From: an uncultured Chloroflexia bacterium
GTDB taxonomy: Bacteria; Chloroflexota; Limnocylindria; Limnocylindrales; CSP1-4
Reading direction: 5' to 3'
DNA length: 64,000 nt
Assembly (NCBI GenBank): GCA_963768655.1
Contig: CAVYIM010000003.1
Location: 320,001-384,000 of the forward strand
Below the pieces are notes generated by a model. The model was given only the letters and a program-made list of their open reading frames with translations, made no database searches and was not told the origin of the DNA. Positions 28,429-38,222 of this stretch are shown here, in pieces; position 1 is the stretch's first letter; every line of letters begins with the position of its first letter. The translations under genes were made by a program, and so were the position numbers.

Positions 28429-29139
28429 ATGTTCTGCTCACAGTGTGGCGCCGGCTTGGCTGGCGACGCCAGGTTCTGTGTCAGTTGCGGCGCCCCCGTC
28501 GTACCGCAGGTGGCACCCGCTTCCGGCGCCGCGGTTCTGCCTTCTTTCGTAGCTCCCGCACCGGCTCCTGGTGCCCCTGAACAGGCCGCTACCGGCCAGA
28601 CGTTCGTGCTCAACCAGAAGCTGATCTCGATGACCGGCGATCTATGGATCGACGATTCGAACGGGAACCACGCCTTCGAGGTGGACGGCAAGCTCCTGGC
28701 AGTCCGGCGCTCGCTGCTCCTCAAGGACACCTCGGGGCAGGAGCTCTACGAGATCAACAAGTCGCTCGCGCACGTTCACAAGACATTCGAGGTCAAGCAG
28801 CGCGACAAGGTCGTCGCGACGATCCAGAGAGCCCTGATGTCGTTTGGTGGCGAGCATTTCACGATCACCGCGGCCGACGGCGGGCAGATGAAGGTCACCG
28901 GCAACTGGGCGGGTCGCGAGTTCCATATCCAGAAGGACGGCACCGACGTGATCGTCGCCTCCCGCCAGTTCTTCAGCCTCCACGACGCCTACGGCATCCA
29001 GGTCGCACCGGGCTTCGATGCCCCGCTCGCTCTGGCGATCGTTGTTGCCCTGGAGCAGATCGAGAAGGAAGAGGGACACGAGTCGTCGCCGCTCGGCGGC
29101 ATGTTGGGCGGAGGTCTGGGCGGGATCCTCGGCGGCTAG
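28429..29139 (+). CDS. Zinc-ribbon plus LURP-one/scramblase family protein
   Basis: FCSQCG...FCVSCG; LNQKLISMTGDLWIDD...FEVDGK; FFSLHDAYGIQV. Confidence 0.85.
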   Translation: MFCSQCGAGLAGDARFCVSCGAPVVPQVAPASGAAVLPSFVAPAPAPGAPEQAATGQTFVLNQKLISMTGDLWIDDSNGNHAFEVDGKLLAVRRSLLLKDTSGQELYEINKSLAHVHKTFEVKQRDKVVATIQRALMSFGGEHFTITAADGGQMKVTGNWAGREFHIQKDGTDVIVASRQFFSLHDAYGIQVAPGFDAPLALAIVVALEQIEKEEGHESSPLGGMLGGGLGGILGG

Positions 29140-29545
29140 TTCAAAGGCCGCCAGCGCGACGCTGACGTCGCCGTCGACGCTGGAGCCGCAGGGGTTTGGG
29201 TAGGGTCACCTTGGCGTAGCCTCGCGAGGGGTCGGGCCTCAGCACCTCCGGGGTGTCCGGCACGCTGGAGCGCAGCCAGTGGAGCGCCGGGCGGCGGTCA
29301 AGCGCAGGGCTTTGTTCCCGTGGGTGGTGTCAAACGCAATCTCTGGCGGGCCCGAAAGACAGCAGGACTTACTGGCGTGGCATTCGATGCAGTCGCTCGG
29401 ACCAATCCCTTCGACAGCGTCGCCCTCCGGAATCGGACCATGCCGCAGGTCAGGGCGGCGTTCTTGCGGTCGCAGACGCTTCTTGTCAAGCGACGACTAT
29501 GCTTGGCCCAGTTCCACCCAACCAAGTACCGTGGAGGTACCTCCA

Positions 29546-30016
29546 ATGACCCAGTTGCTGGCAACAAGCCCGACGGAAGCAACGGCCGGAGTGGCCGAGC
29601 CCCTGCAGGCAACCCTCGTCGAGCTCATCGACCTCAGCCTGCAATCCAAGCAGGCCCACTGGAACGTCGTCGGCCCCGGCTTCCGGGGGATACATCTCTT
29701 CCTCGACGAGATAACCGACCAGGTCCGCGACTGGTACGACGAAGTGGCCGAGCGGCTCGCCGCGATCGGCGTCTCCCCTGACGGCCGCATCGCCAGCGTC
29801 GCCTCCGGCACGCCGCTGGCGCCGTTGCCCGCCGGTCAGATCGCAGACAAGGACGTGCTCGCGCTGCTCGACGCCCGCCTCAACCTCGTCGCCGATCGAG
29901 TGCGGGCGCGGCTCGACCCGGTCGGTGCTCAGGATCTGGCCAGTCAGGACATCCTGATCGGCATCGTGCAGGGGCTCGACAAACACGTCTGGATGCTTCG
30001 GGCTCTCCAGGCGTGA
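29546..30016 (+). CDS. dps: Dps DNA-protection protein (ferritin-like)
   Basis: KQAHWNVVGPGFRGIHLFLDE, DEVAER, LDKHVWML; GGAGG SD. Confidence 0.93.
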   Translation: MTQLLATSPTEATAGVAEPLQATLVELIDLSLQSKQAHWNVVGPGFRGIHLFLDEITDQVRDWYDEVAERLAAIGVSPDGRIASVASGTPLAPLPAGQIADKDVLALLDARLNLVADRVRARLDPVGAQDLASQDILIGIVQGLDKHVWMLRALQA

Positions 30017-30029
30017 CCGACCGAAGTCA

Positions 30030-30656
30030 TTGACGGCCAGCCCGGGCTGTCGGGCAGTTGATGGCGACCTACTGCCGTCGACGGCAGGTCGTGCGTCGGC
30101 GGCGGGTCGTGCAGTGGCAACGACCATCGCACTCGGCCTCGTCGTCGCAGTCCGATGGCAGGTATTCCGCACCGGCGCACTCGACGGCGTAACTGAGGGC
30201 TTTCTCTTTGGAGTGGCCCTGCTCGGGCTCGCGTGGCTCGGATCGACCGCCGTGTCCAGGCCGCCGGCGGGAGCCATCGCCGCGGGTCTTGCGGCCGGCG
30301 GAGTGCTGGTGGCTCTGTCCCTCCTGGCTCGCTGGCCGCATCCACCCCTCGTGCCCGGCCCCGCCGCGGCGTTCGTGCCGTGGGTCGCGGCCACCACACT
30401 CGTGGCCACCGGCGAGGAGCTGGTTCTGCGCGGCACGCTGTGGCGGTGGGCTGCCGCGGCGGGTGGAGATGCGGCAGCCCTGATCGCGACGAGCATCCTC
30501 TTCGCGCTCATTCATATCCCGATCTACGGCACTGCCGTCGTCCCACTGGATTTCGGGGTCGGACTGCTGTTCGGCGGGCTCCGGCTGTGGTTCGGCGGCC
30601 CTGCCGCCCCGGCCGCCGCGCACGTCCTGGCGGATCTGGCGACGTGGTGGCTGTGA
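30030..30656 (+). CDS. CPBP (CAAX/Abi) family intramembrane glutamic endopeptidase
   Basis: EELVLRG, FALIH, AHVLAD motifs. Confidence 0.85.
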   Translation: MTASPGCRAVDGDLLPSTAGRASAAGRAVATTIALGLVVAVRWQVFRTGALDGVTEGFLFGVALLGLAWLGSTAVSRPPAGAIAAGLAAGGVLVALSLLARWPHPPLVPGPAAAFVPWVAATTLVATGEELVLRGTLWRWAAAAGGDAAALIATSILFALIHIPIYGTAVVPLDFGVGLLFGGLRLWFGGPAAPAAAHVLADLATWWL

Positions 30657-31594
30657 CGAAGGATCGCCGGCTCGCAGTGGCCGCGCAGGTGTGTGGGCTG
30701 ATCGTCGTCGTGGCCGCTCAGCGCCTGGCGCCGATCGCCGGGCCGCCTCTCTACGATGGTGTGCCCCCCATCGGCCCCTACGAATGGCTCTCGCCGCCGC
30801 CGGGGCTCATGGGCGGCGCGCAATCAGCGCAGGAAACCGATGACGTGCAGGATGTCCAGGCCGGGTTGGCCATCGGCTCGCCCGAGCTGCCGCCCCAAAT
30901 TCAAATCCTCACCGACCCCGGATCCCTGGCGATACCGGACAGCACGACCTCGATCACGGTTTCGATCGACCCCGTGGCAGCACCTTCGGCCCAGCCATCG
31001 GACGGCGTCGTCGCGGGCAACGTCTACCGGATCTCAGTCACTGACCAAAGTGGCACGGTGATCAGCATGGACGCGGACGGAACAGCGACGCTCGTCATGC
31101 GTGGGCCGCCTGATCTGCGCTTGGCCTCGATCGAGATCTTTGCCGGCGGCAGCTGGACGAAGGTTCACACCGATCCGGCGGGCGTCCCGAACATGTTCAC
31201 CGCGAGCGTTTCAGGGTTTGGCGACTTCGCCCTGGTCGCGCCATCCGGCTGGGTACCCGCGGGAGAAAAGGCGGCGCGGGCGACGCCCACATTGGCAGCG
31301 CGGGCGACGCCCACATCGGCCAGTTCGGCCGCGTCGTTCACACCCGGTGCGCTGGCCGCGTCGGCTGCGCCCGCGACATCGGCCGCGGCGACGCCCGTCT
31401 CGTCGGAGGGACCGGCCACACCAGCCGCGTCCGAGGGGCCGACGTCGGTCGACACATCCGCCGGGAGTTCTGGCGAAGGGGGCTCGTCGTTGCCGCCGAT
31501 CGCCGTCATCGTCATTGCGCTACTTGTGATCGTCGCCGCCGTGATGGTCCTGCTGAGGCCGATCAAGCCGCCCGGCGATGGAGACGCGGAGTAG
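30653..31594 (+). CDS. Surface-anchored hypothetical protein (paralog of 34014..34925)
   Basis: Signal-like N-terminus, PPLYDG..PYEWLSPP, GNVYRI, Ala/Ser/Thr/Pro linker, C-terminal TM + RPIKPP; GTG overlaps the CPBP stop. Confidence 0.75.
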   Translation: MTKDRRLAVAAQVCGLIVVVAAQRLAPIAGPPLYDGVPPIGPYEWLSPPPGLMGGAQSAQETDDVQDVQAGLAIGSPELPPQIQILTDPGSLAIPDSTTSITVSIDPVAAPSAQPSDGVVAGNVYRISVTDQSGTVISMDADGTATLVMRGPPDLRLASIEIFAGGSWTKVHTDPAGVPNMFTASVSGFGDFALVAPSGWVPAGEKAARATPTLAARATPTSASSAASFTPGALAASAAPATSAAATPVSSEGPATPAASEGPTSVDTSAGSSGEGGSSLPPIAVIVIALLVIVAAVMVLLRPIKPPGDGDAE

Positions 31595-31796
31595 TGCGGG
31601 ACCCACATGGCCAGCGAGGCCGACCAGCCAGGCTGCCCCGGCGCGGCGCCCGCAAATCTGCCGTCGGCCGCAACCGCAGTCTCGGTGGCCGACGCGGACG
31701 CCAGCGGCCGAGCGACTCCGGACGGTCAGTCGGGTAAAGTCGGGCGGCCCCGGAGTCGGCCACGACGGCCCGGCCCCAACTCACGAAGGGACGAGC

Positions 31797-32678
31797 GTGG
31801 ATTACGCGCAGGCCATCATCCTCGGGCTCATCCAGGGCGTCACAGAACTCTTCCCGGTCTCGAGTCTTGGCCACTCGGTCATCCTGCCCGCTCTGCTGGG
31901 CTGGAACAACGTCGTCGCGGCACAGTCGGCGCCGGAGTCGTTCTTCCTCGCCTTCCTGGTCGGCCTTCATGTCGCCACCGCCCTGGCCCTGGCCGTCTTC
32001 TACCGAGACCAATGGGTTCGCATCGTCCGAGGATTGGCTCGCTCGCTTCGACGCCGCAGGATCGAGACGGCCGACGAGCGGCTGGGGTGGCTCCTCGTGG
32101 TCGCAACGATCCCGGCAAGCCTCGTGGGCCTGGTGCTCGAGCATCCGTTGCGGGTTCTGTTCGCGACCCCGGTGGCAGCCGCGGGGTTCCTCGTCGTCAA
32201 CGGCGGCATCCTGCTCGTGGGCGAGTCGGTCCGTCGGCGGTCCATGGTCCGGGCCGTGGTTGCGGCGCACGAACGTACGCCGTCCGGAGATCGCCTTCTC
32301 GACACGCTGGAGTTTCCGGAGGCGGGAGTTATCGGCGTGGCACAGGTCTTCGCCCTGCTGGCGGGCATCAGCCGGTCCGGGATCACGATGGTGGCAGGGC
32401 TCGTTCGGGGTCTCGACCACGAGGACGCGGCGCGCTTCTCATTTCTTCTGGCCACACCCGTCATCTTGGCCGCGGGCATCTACAAGCTGCCGGACCTGCT
32501 CGGCCCCAACGGTGACGGAGTCCGCGGCCAGGTGCTGGCGGGCAGCGTCGCGGCCGGAGTGGCGGCGTACCTGTCGGTTCGGTTCCTTGCCCGATACTTC
32601 GCCAGTCGGACGCTCATGCCGTTCGCGGCCTACTCGTTCGCTATTGGAGTGCTGGCGCTGATTCGCTTCGGTCTGTAG
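31797..32678 (+). CDS. uppP: Undecaprenyl-diphosphate phosphatase
   Basis: LGLIQGVTELFPVSSLGH, GISRSGIT, AARFSFLLATP. Confidence 0.92.
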   Translation: MDYAQAIILGLIQGVTELFPVSSLGHSVILPALLGWNNVVAAQSAPESFFLAFLVGLHVATALALAVFYRDQWVRIVRGLARSLRRRRIETADERLGWLLVVATIPASLVGLVLEHPLRVLFATPVAAAGFLVVNGGILLVGESVRRRSMVRAVVAAHERTPSGDRLLDTLEFPEAGVIGVAQVFALLAGISRSGITMVAGLVRGLDHEDAARFSFLLATPVILAAGIYKLPDLLGPNGDGVRGQVLAGSVAAGVAAYLSVRFLARYFASRTLMPFAAYSFAIGVLALIRFGL

Positions 32679-32798
32679 GTGGCCAGGGCCGACCTGAGGC
32701 TGCCCGGCAGAGACCGTCAGCCACCATTCGTTCCACCGTGTGTCAAGCAGCGGCACGTCGCGGATCGCACGCGGGTGTGCCTGCGGTCGCCGCGCGGT

Positions 32799-33584
32799 CT
32801 ACAGCGCCGAAAGCGCGGTCACCATCAGGACGAGGCCAACGGCCAGGACGGCCAGTCCAGATGCCAGCGGGAGCAGGCCTACGGCGCGGGCGATCGAGCC
32901 GCTGCCAGCCGTCAGCTGACCGCCGCGGCCGCGGACGATGACCGTGGCGATGCCGACCGCGCCGAGGACCAGGGCGATGCCCAGGCCGAACGTCGCGACG
33001 AGCAGGAGGCCGAGGGCGAGTTCGTGAAACGCGACCGCCATCAACAGCACGATCAGGGCCGTGCCGTTGGGCGCCAGGCCGCCGACTATCCCGATCGAGA
33101 TGGTGTAGCCGCGCGTCAGTTCGAGACCGGCAGGAACATGGGGATGTGGATGGACGTGCGGCTGGTCGTGGTCGTGATCGTGGTCGTGGTACGGATCCTG
33201 CGCAGTCGCCTTCGATCGTGACCGAGCCCACAGCGCGCGACGCACCAGGTCAGCCCCGAAGAGGACGACTAGGATGTCCGCCCCCAGGGAGATGTACGGC
33301 GTCATCTGGTTCGGCAGCAGCGCGTCGTTTGCCGTCAACACGAGGGCGGCCAGAAGAAGGACTCCGAATGTGTGGGTCACTGCCACCGTGACAGCGAGCA
33401 GGAGCACGCGGCCCAGGCTGCCGCGAGACCCCAGCAGCGAGGCAACGACGAGCGTCTTGCCGTGCCCCGGAGATGCCCCGTGGACGGCCCCGAGCAGCAA
33501 CGACACCAGCAGCGCGGCGGAGATCGATCCGGAACTGCCCACCAGCAGCTGCTGGTATAGCTCATTCGGAGAGGCCAGGTTCAT
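32799..33584 (-). CDS. RcnA-like Ni/Co efflux transporter
   Basis: GAVHGASPGHGKT, VTHTFG, His/Asp-rich loop HDHDHDHDQPHVHPHPH, GGLAP. Confidence 0.85.
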   Translation of the reverse strand: MNLASPNELYQQLLVGSSGSISAALLVSLLLGAVHGASPGHGKTLVVASLLGSRGSLGRVLLLAVTVAVTHTFGVLLLAALVLTANDALLPNQMTPYISLGADILVVLFGADLVRRALWARSRSKATAQDPYHDHDHDHDQPHVHPHPHVPAGLELTRGYTISIGIVGGLAPNGTALIVLLMAVAFHELALGLLLVATFGLGIALVLGAVGIATVIVRGRGGQLTAGSGSIARAVGLLPLASGLAVLAVGLVLMVTALSAL

Positions 33585-34013
33585 GTGTTGACCGCGCGGC
33601 TGGGGCAGGCGCTCGCGCAGGCGGAATCGTTCCGTCGGGAGGGGACGCAACCGGTCACGGATGTGAGTATAGATTCGATCGGCCCAAGCCCATGCGTCCG
33701 GGAACTGGCGTGGCAACCGACCAGGCTTCGCCTGGAGTGGCCCAAGTCAAGTCTGGAAGTTTGCGGCAAGCCCGCTCGCACCGACGTCGGAGGGGAAGCT
33801 CGCGCCCACCACCACGAGCCGCGCCACCCCCGCTGGATTCGGTCAACGCCCGTATTCTTCACCGTGGAATGGCGAGGCGATTCTGATGTCCGCGTTCCCA
33901 GTCGTTAGGCAAGGCCAGGCGTCGGGTCGAGCTTCCGCCGTGGCGCCCGTTGCGGCGACGTGCCTCCTGGCTCACGGACCGCTGCCGCCGATGGCGCTTG
34001 GCCCGTGGCTGTG

Positions 34014-34925
34014 ATGAGGCGTCACGGTCTGGCCTCGATGGCGATCGTCTGCGGCCTGTCCGTGGTCGTGATCGCCCAGCGCCTTGCGCCAATCGGCGGG
34101 CCTCCCCTCTACGACGGGGTGGTGGTCGCCGACCCGTACAGATGGCTCTCGCCGCCACCGGGCCTTCTGGGCGGTGCCAAGTCGGTGACGCAGTCCGTCC
34201 CGCTGGTCGCGAGCCAGGATGGAGAGCTCGCGATCGGCACGCTCGAGGTGCCGCCGCAGGCCCAGGTCATAACCGACTTCGGCTCGCTGGATCTGCCTGC
34301 GGACTCGACTGCCGTCACGGTTTCGGTCGCGCCCGTACCCCCGCCCGAGGTTCAGCCGACAAAGGGCGTGATAGCGGGCAATGTCTATCGGCTCGCGGTC
34401 ACCAATCAGAAAGGCGAAGTGGTCGCCGTCAAGGCGGGCAACAAAGTGACGGTGCTCTTTCGCGGGCCGACCAGCCTCCCGTCAGCCACGATCGAGGTCT
34501 TCTCGGGCAGCGCCTGGACGGCCGAGCCCACCAATTCGGCGGGCATCCCGGACATGTTCACAGCGGTTGTGGGCACCTTCGGCGACTTCGCGCTCGTGGC
34601 GCCATCGGGTTGGGTCCCGGCCGGCGAGCGCGCCGCTCCGTCTGCCGCGGCCGGATCGACCGGGACGGCGACCGCCACGGCCGGTGTCCCAGCCGCGTCA
34701 GCGCCGGTCGCAGCGACGGCGGTAGCCTCTGAGGGGGCAGTCGAAGCGGCGGGCACAGCGGGCCCGCCGGAGTCGGCCGGGCCAGCCGACGCCGCCACGC
34801 CCACGGGCACGACAACCCAGTCGGGCCCGCCATTGGCGCCTATTGCGGCCGTGGCGATCGCCCTCCTCGTCGTCCTGGCTGCCGCGGTCGTGTTCCTGCG
34901 GCCGGTCAAGCCGCCGAGCGATTGA
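34014..34925 (+). CDS. Surface-anchored hypothetical protein (paralog of 30653..31594)
   Basis: AQRLAPIGGPPLYDG..PYRWLSPPPG, GNVYRL, FGDFALVAPSGWVPAGE, C-terminal TM + RPVKPP. Confidence 0.75.
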   Translation: MRRHGLASMAIVCGLSVVVIAQRLAPIGGPPLYDGVVVADPYRWLSPPPGLLGGAKSVTQSVPLVASQDGELAIGTLEVPPQAQVITDFGSLDLPADSTAVTVSVAPVPPPEVQPTKGVIAGNVYRLAVTNQKGEVVAVKAGNKVTVLFRGPTSLPSATIEVFSGSAWTAEPTNSAGIPDMFTAVVGTFGDFALVAPSGWVPAGERAAPSAAAGSTGTATATAGVPAASAPVAATAVASEGAVEAAGTAGPPESAGPADAATPTGTTTQSGPPLAPIAAVAIALLVVLAAAVVFLRPVKPPSD

Positions 34926-35188
34926 CGAGGCAGTGGGGAGGTTCCATACGTCCGCGCCCACGCCGCCTCCGCGGAGTCGTGTGACCCGGAAGCGCGCCCT
35001 CGCCGCCAAGATCAGATCGTAGTAGCTGTTCGGGTTGTACGGCGCGCATCAGTTGTCGGACCGCCCGATGGCTTGTCGGTCCCCCTGATCGGGCGCGCAG
35101 CGGCGGCCAGAATGGCTACGCTGTAGCCGAATGGAGGCAACGGGCATATGGCAGGCGGCCTCCGTGTCCAGCGTGGAAGGATCGCTAG

Positions 35189-35425
35189 ATGGCGACGACG
35201 GTGCACGAGCGCCTTACGTTCTACTGCGGTGGGCAGACAGTGGTCTGCGACAGGTTGGGAGCGCAGCGCGTCGACGCGCTGCGGATACAGGCGAGCCTGA
35301 GCAAAGGGCCGCTGATCGTGGATGAGTACGAAGGCGGCCCGCGGTGGATGTTCCCGGTAGAGTCGACGGCCGTGAAGTACGAGACGATTCCGGAGCCTGA
35401 CGGGTCCCTGCTCGCCCGCCGCTGA
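35189..35425 (+). CDS. Small hypothetical protein
   Basis: 78-aa ORF with GAAGGA SD and normal composition. Confidence 0.5.
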   Translation: MATTVHERLTFYCGGQTVVCDRLGAQRVDALRIQASLSKGPLIVDEYEGGPRWMFPVESTAVKYETIPEPDGSLLARR

Positions 35426-35566
35426 ACACCGAATAGGTCTGTTGAGGGGCCGCTTGAGCCGCGGGCAAGCGGCGGATCTTGGGTTCGCCCTGCCCGCCGC
35501 TCCGCTGGTCGATTGGGACTGTTCGATGCGAGAAGAGACTCGAATGTGCCGCTCGTGACTCGACTG

Positions 35567-35596
35567 AAAAGGCCCCCGGTTGCTCGGGGGCCTTTC
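35567..35596 (-). terminator. Intrinsic terminator
   Basis: aaaaggcccccg-gttgct-cgggggccttt hairpin; the A-run gives a U-tail on the minus strand. Confidence 0.75.
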
Positions 35597-35613
35597 GATA
35601 GCTGCGGCGAGGA

Positions 35614-35815
35614 TCAGTGGCCTGCAAGCGCCGACACCAAGCGAGCGGCCTCGATCGTGCCCAGGCCGCTGGCCAGGTCGTAGTCAGGGCCGGCGTTGTA
35701 GCCGATGACCGTGTAGGTGTTGCCGTCACTATTGGTCAACGGCCCGTAGGTGTTGTTGCCGATGGTCACGTCGACGATGCTGCTCGAGCGACTGTGCAGC
35801 AGGTCGTACGGCGCA
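35614..35815 (-). pseudogene. C-terminal remnant of an S53 (sedolisin) peptidase
   Basis: IVDVTIGNN...GYNAGPDYDLASGLGT motif; no catalytic N-terminal part upstream. Confidence 0.7.
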
Positions 35816-36149
35816 CGCCCATCCGTGATCGGCCAGATTCGCTGGCACCTATGGCCCCTGAGTTCGACATTCTCTCCTCCTGCGGGTGCATGGACACCCA
35901 TGAAGCTGGCGCGGGTCGCTCTCGCGCCTGGGATGGAGACCACGTCGGGTGGCCGGGGCCCGTACGCATGCTACTGCCCCAGGCCAGGAGATACGAGACG
36001 TCCTCGGCGCCGCGTAGGAGCGTGAGTCTGCGTCCTGCGGGCGCCGCCGGGTGGCGCGTCGCAGTCGGCGCAACTAGGGGGACTGGCCAGATCTCCAGCC
36101 GTCTGAGCTTCCCGGCGGCGCCGGTTTGGGCGTTCCGATTCGCCGGATT

Positions 36150-36782
36150 TCAGCTTTGTACCGGCGCCCCGTGGCCTGGACAAAGCAGTTTGGTCGGCAG
36201 CGCCCTGATCCGTTCGGCGGATGCCTGCGCTTGAGCTCGGTCGAGCGCAAGACGCGGCCTCGGCGGGCGAACCTGCCCGTGCTTGTCGCCGAGGAGCGCG
36301 TCTCCGGAGAACACCACGCCGTCCTCGCGGCGCAGAACGATGCTCCCCGCCGTGTGCCCTGGCACGTGCATCACCTGGAGGCCCCCGATCGTGTCGCCGT
36401 CCTTCAGGAGCAGGTCGGGCACGACCGATCGAGGCTTGAGCAACCGATAGAAGGCGGCCATGGCGAGCCCCCCTTTCTGCGGTCGCTGTTGGCCTGCCAG
36501 TATCGGTCCGTCCAGTTCGTGAATTGCAACCCGAGCTCCGGTCAGCTCCTTGAGCCTGGCCGCGCTGCCGATGTGGTCCATGTCGCAGTGCGTCAGGACG
36601 ATGTAGCGCAGGTCGGCTGGCCGGTGGCCGGTGCTCTCGATGCAGGCGACGATCCGCTTCGCGTTCCCGGGCATGCCCGTGTCCACGAGCAGGAGACCGT
36701 CGTCTAGCGTCACGAGGTAGACATTGGCCGCCCTCACGCCATCGACCTTGTAGACGCCGTCAGCGAGTCGCATCGGCGGCAT
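36150..36782 (-). CDS. Metallo-beta-lactamase-fold hydrolase
   Basis: LVDTG, THCDMDHIG, PGHTAG, FSGDAL, CPGHG. Confidence 0.9.
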   Translation of the reverse strand: MPPMRLADGVYKVDGVRAANVYLVTLDDGLLLVDTGMPGNAKRIVACIESTGHRPADLRYIVLTHCDMDHIGSAARLKELTGARVAIHELDGPILAGQQRPQKGGLAMAAFYRLLKPRSVVPDLLLKDGDTIGGLQVMHVPGHTAGSIVLRREDGVVFSGDALLGDKHGQVRPPRPRLALDRAQAQASAERIRALPTKLLCPGHGAPVQS

Positions 36783-37003
36783 TATGGCGCGTCAGGCGAC
36801 GCCACATCCGCCAGTGACGCCACTCTTCGAGACCGGACCGCGGCCGGAAATCGTGCCACGGACGAAGGATGGCGACACCGCCCTCGCGAGTGTCGAGTGG
36901 TCACGCGACGGATTGCTTTCGGTAGTGGTCCTGGGATGATGACCGCAGGACCGAGCGAGGCGCGATGGTCGCCCGGAGGGTCCGTCGAACGGGGGTTGGA
37001 ACC

Positions 37004-38201
37004 ATGCTTCACGCGAACCGTGCGGCTGTCGTGGTCGCCCTATCTGTCGCGGTCGCGGCCTGCTCGCCGGGAGTGGCCACGCCGTCAGCGTCGCCGAGCG
37101 GCACGTCCGCCTCTCCAGCCCTGACTGCCACAGCGACGGTGCCCGCTGCCCAGACCTCGGCGCCGGCCGCCACGGCCACCGCCACGGCCACGTCTGCGCC
37201 GACCCACACGCCGGCGGCAACGCACACGCCTGGCCCGACGCCTCCCCCAGTTCAATACCTGCTCTACAACAGCTACAAGAGCCTTCCCGACGATGTCTCG
37301 GAGCCCCAGGCGTTTCTGATCAAGCCGGACGGGACCGGCGCGCACGTGATCGTCCAGACCGCGGCGTTGGGACCCTTGAGCCCGCCGCGCTACTACCTCG
37401 ATGCCGTGTGGTCGCACGCCGGGTCGGTCATCCACGTCACGACGTACCCCGGGGCCTGCGTCCCCCACCTCTCAGACCTGCCAGTCGGCGGCGGGCCCCT
37501 GGTGCCCAAGGTGAACATGACCGACCACGACTGGAAGTTCCTGTGGTCTCCCAACGATGGCGAGATCGCCTTCGAACACTTCCAGGTGGACGAGATATGC
37601 GAGCAGGACGGCCTGACTCTGAAGAAAGACCTGAAGGTCATGAACGCCGACGGATTCCGGCCTGAGGACGGTCCGCACGGACATCCCCTACACGATCGTC
37701 GCCTGGCTGCCGGACGGATCCGGGCTGCTCGGGGTGGACGATTCCGGCGCGTACCTGGAGGTGAGCCTCGTCGACGGATCGACCACTTCGCTGGGCTTCA
37801 GTGCCGACGGGCAGCCGGATGTTACGGGCTATGTGGCGGTCCCGGCCAGGGTTTCCCCGGACGGCTCTCACATCGCCTACCTGAAGGGAGGCGACCTGCA
37901 CGTCCGCGGCATCGACGGCAGCGGCGACAAGGACTTCGGCCCGGCCACCGATTTCGCATGGCGACCCGACAGCGGCGCGCTCGCGGTCTTCAGCGGCCAC
38001 CTTGCCGTGGTGAACGCCGGCAGCGGGGTCGTGACGGTCGTCTGCAGCTACAACGGGTCCAAGCCGAGCTGGTCGCCCGACGGCAGCAGGATCGCCTTCA
38101 TCAGGTCCACGGGCGGGATATACGTTGTCGGGGCGAGCGGTGGAACGGTCAAGGCCATGCCGGGCACCTCGAAGGCCACTTACGTGCAGTGGCAGCCCTG
38201 A
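37004..38201 (+). pseudogene. TolB-like beta-propeller lipoprotein with an apparent +1 frameshift at about 37654
   Basis: Lipobox VAAC; PD40-like WSPNDGEIAF, SPDGSHIAY, WSPDGSRIAF split across two frames at ggattcc. Confidence 0.7.
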
Positions 38202-38222
38202 TCCGGCGGACGAGCCGGCAGG

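Noticed and set aside
33585-34013. NiCo riboswitch upstream of the rcnA-like gene
   Set aside because: The conserved four-way junction could not be identified by eye; an Rfam scan would be needed.
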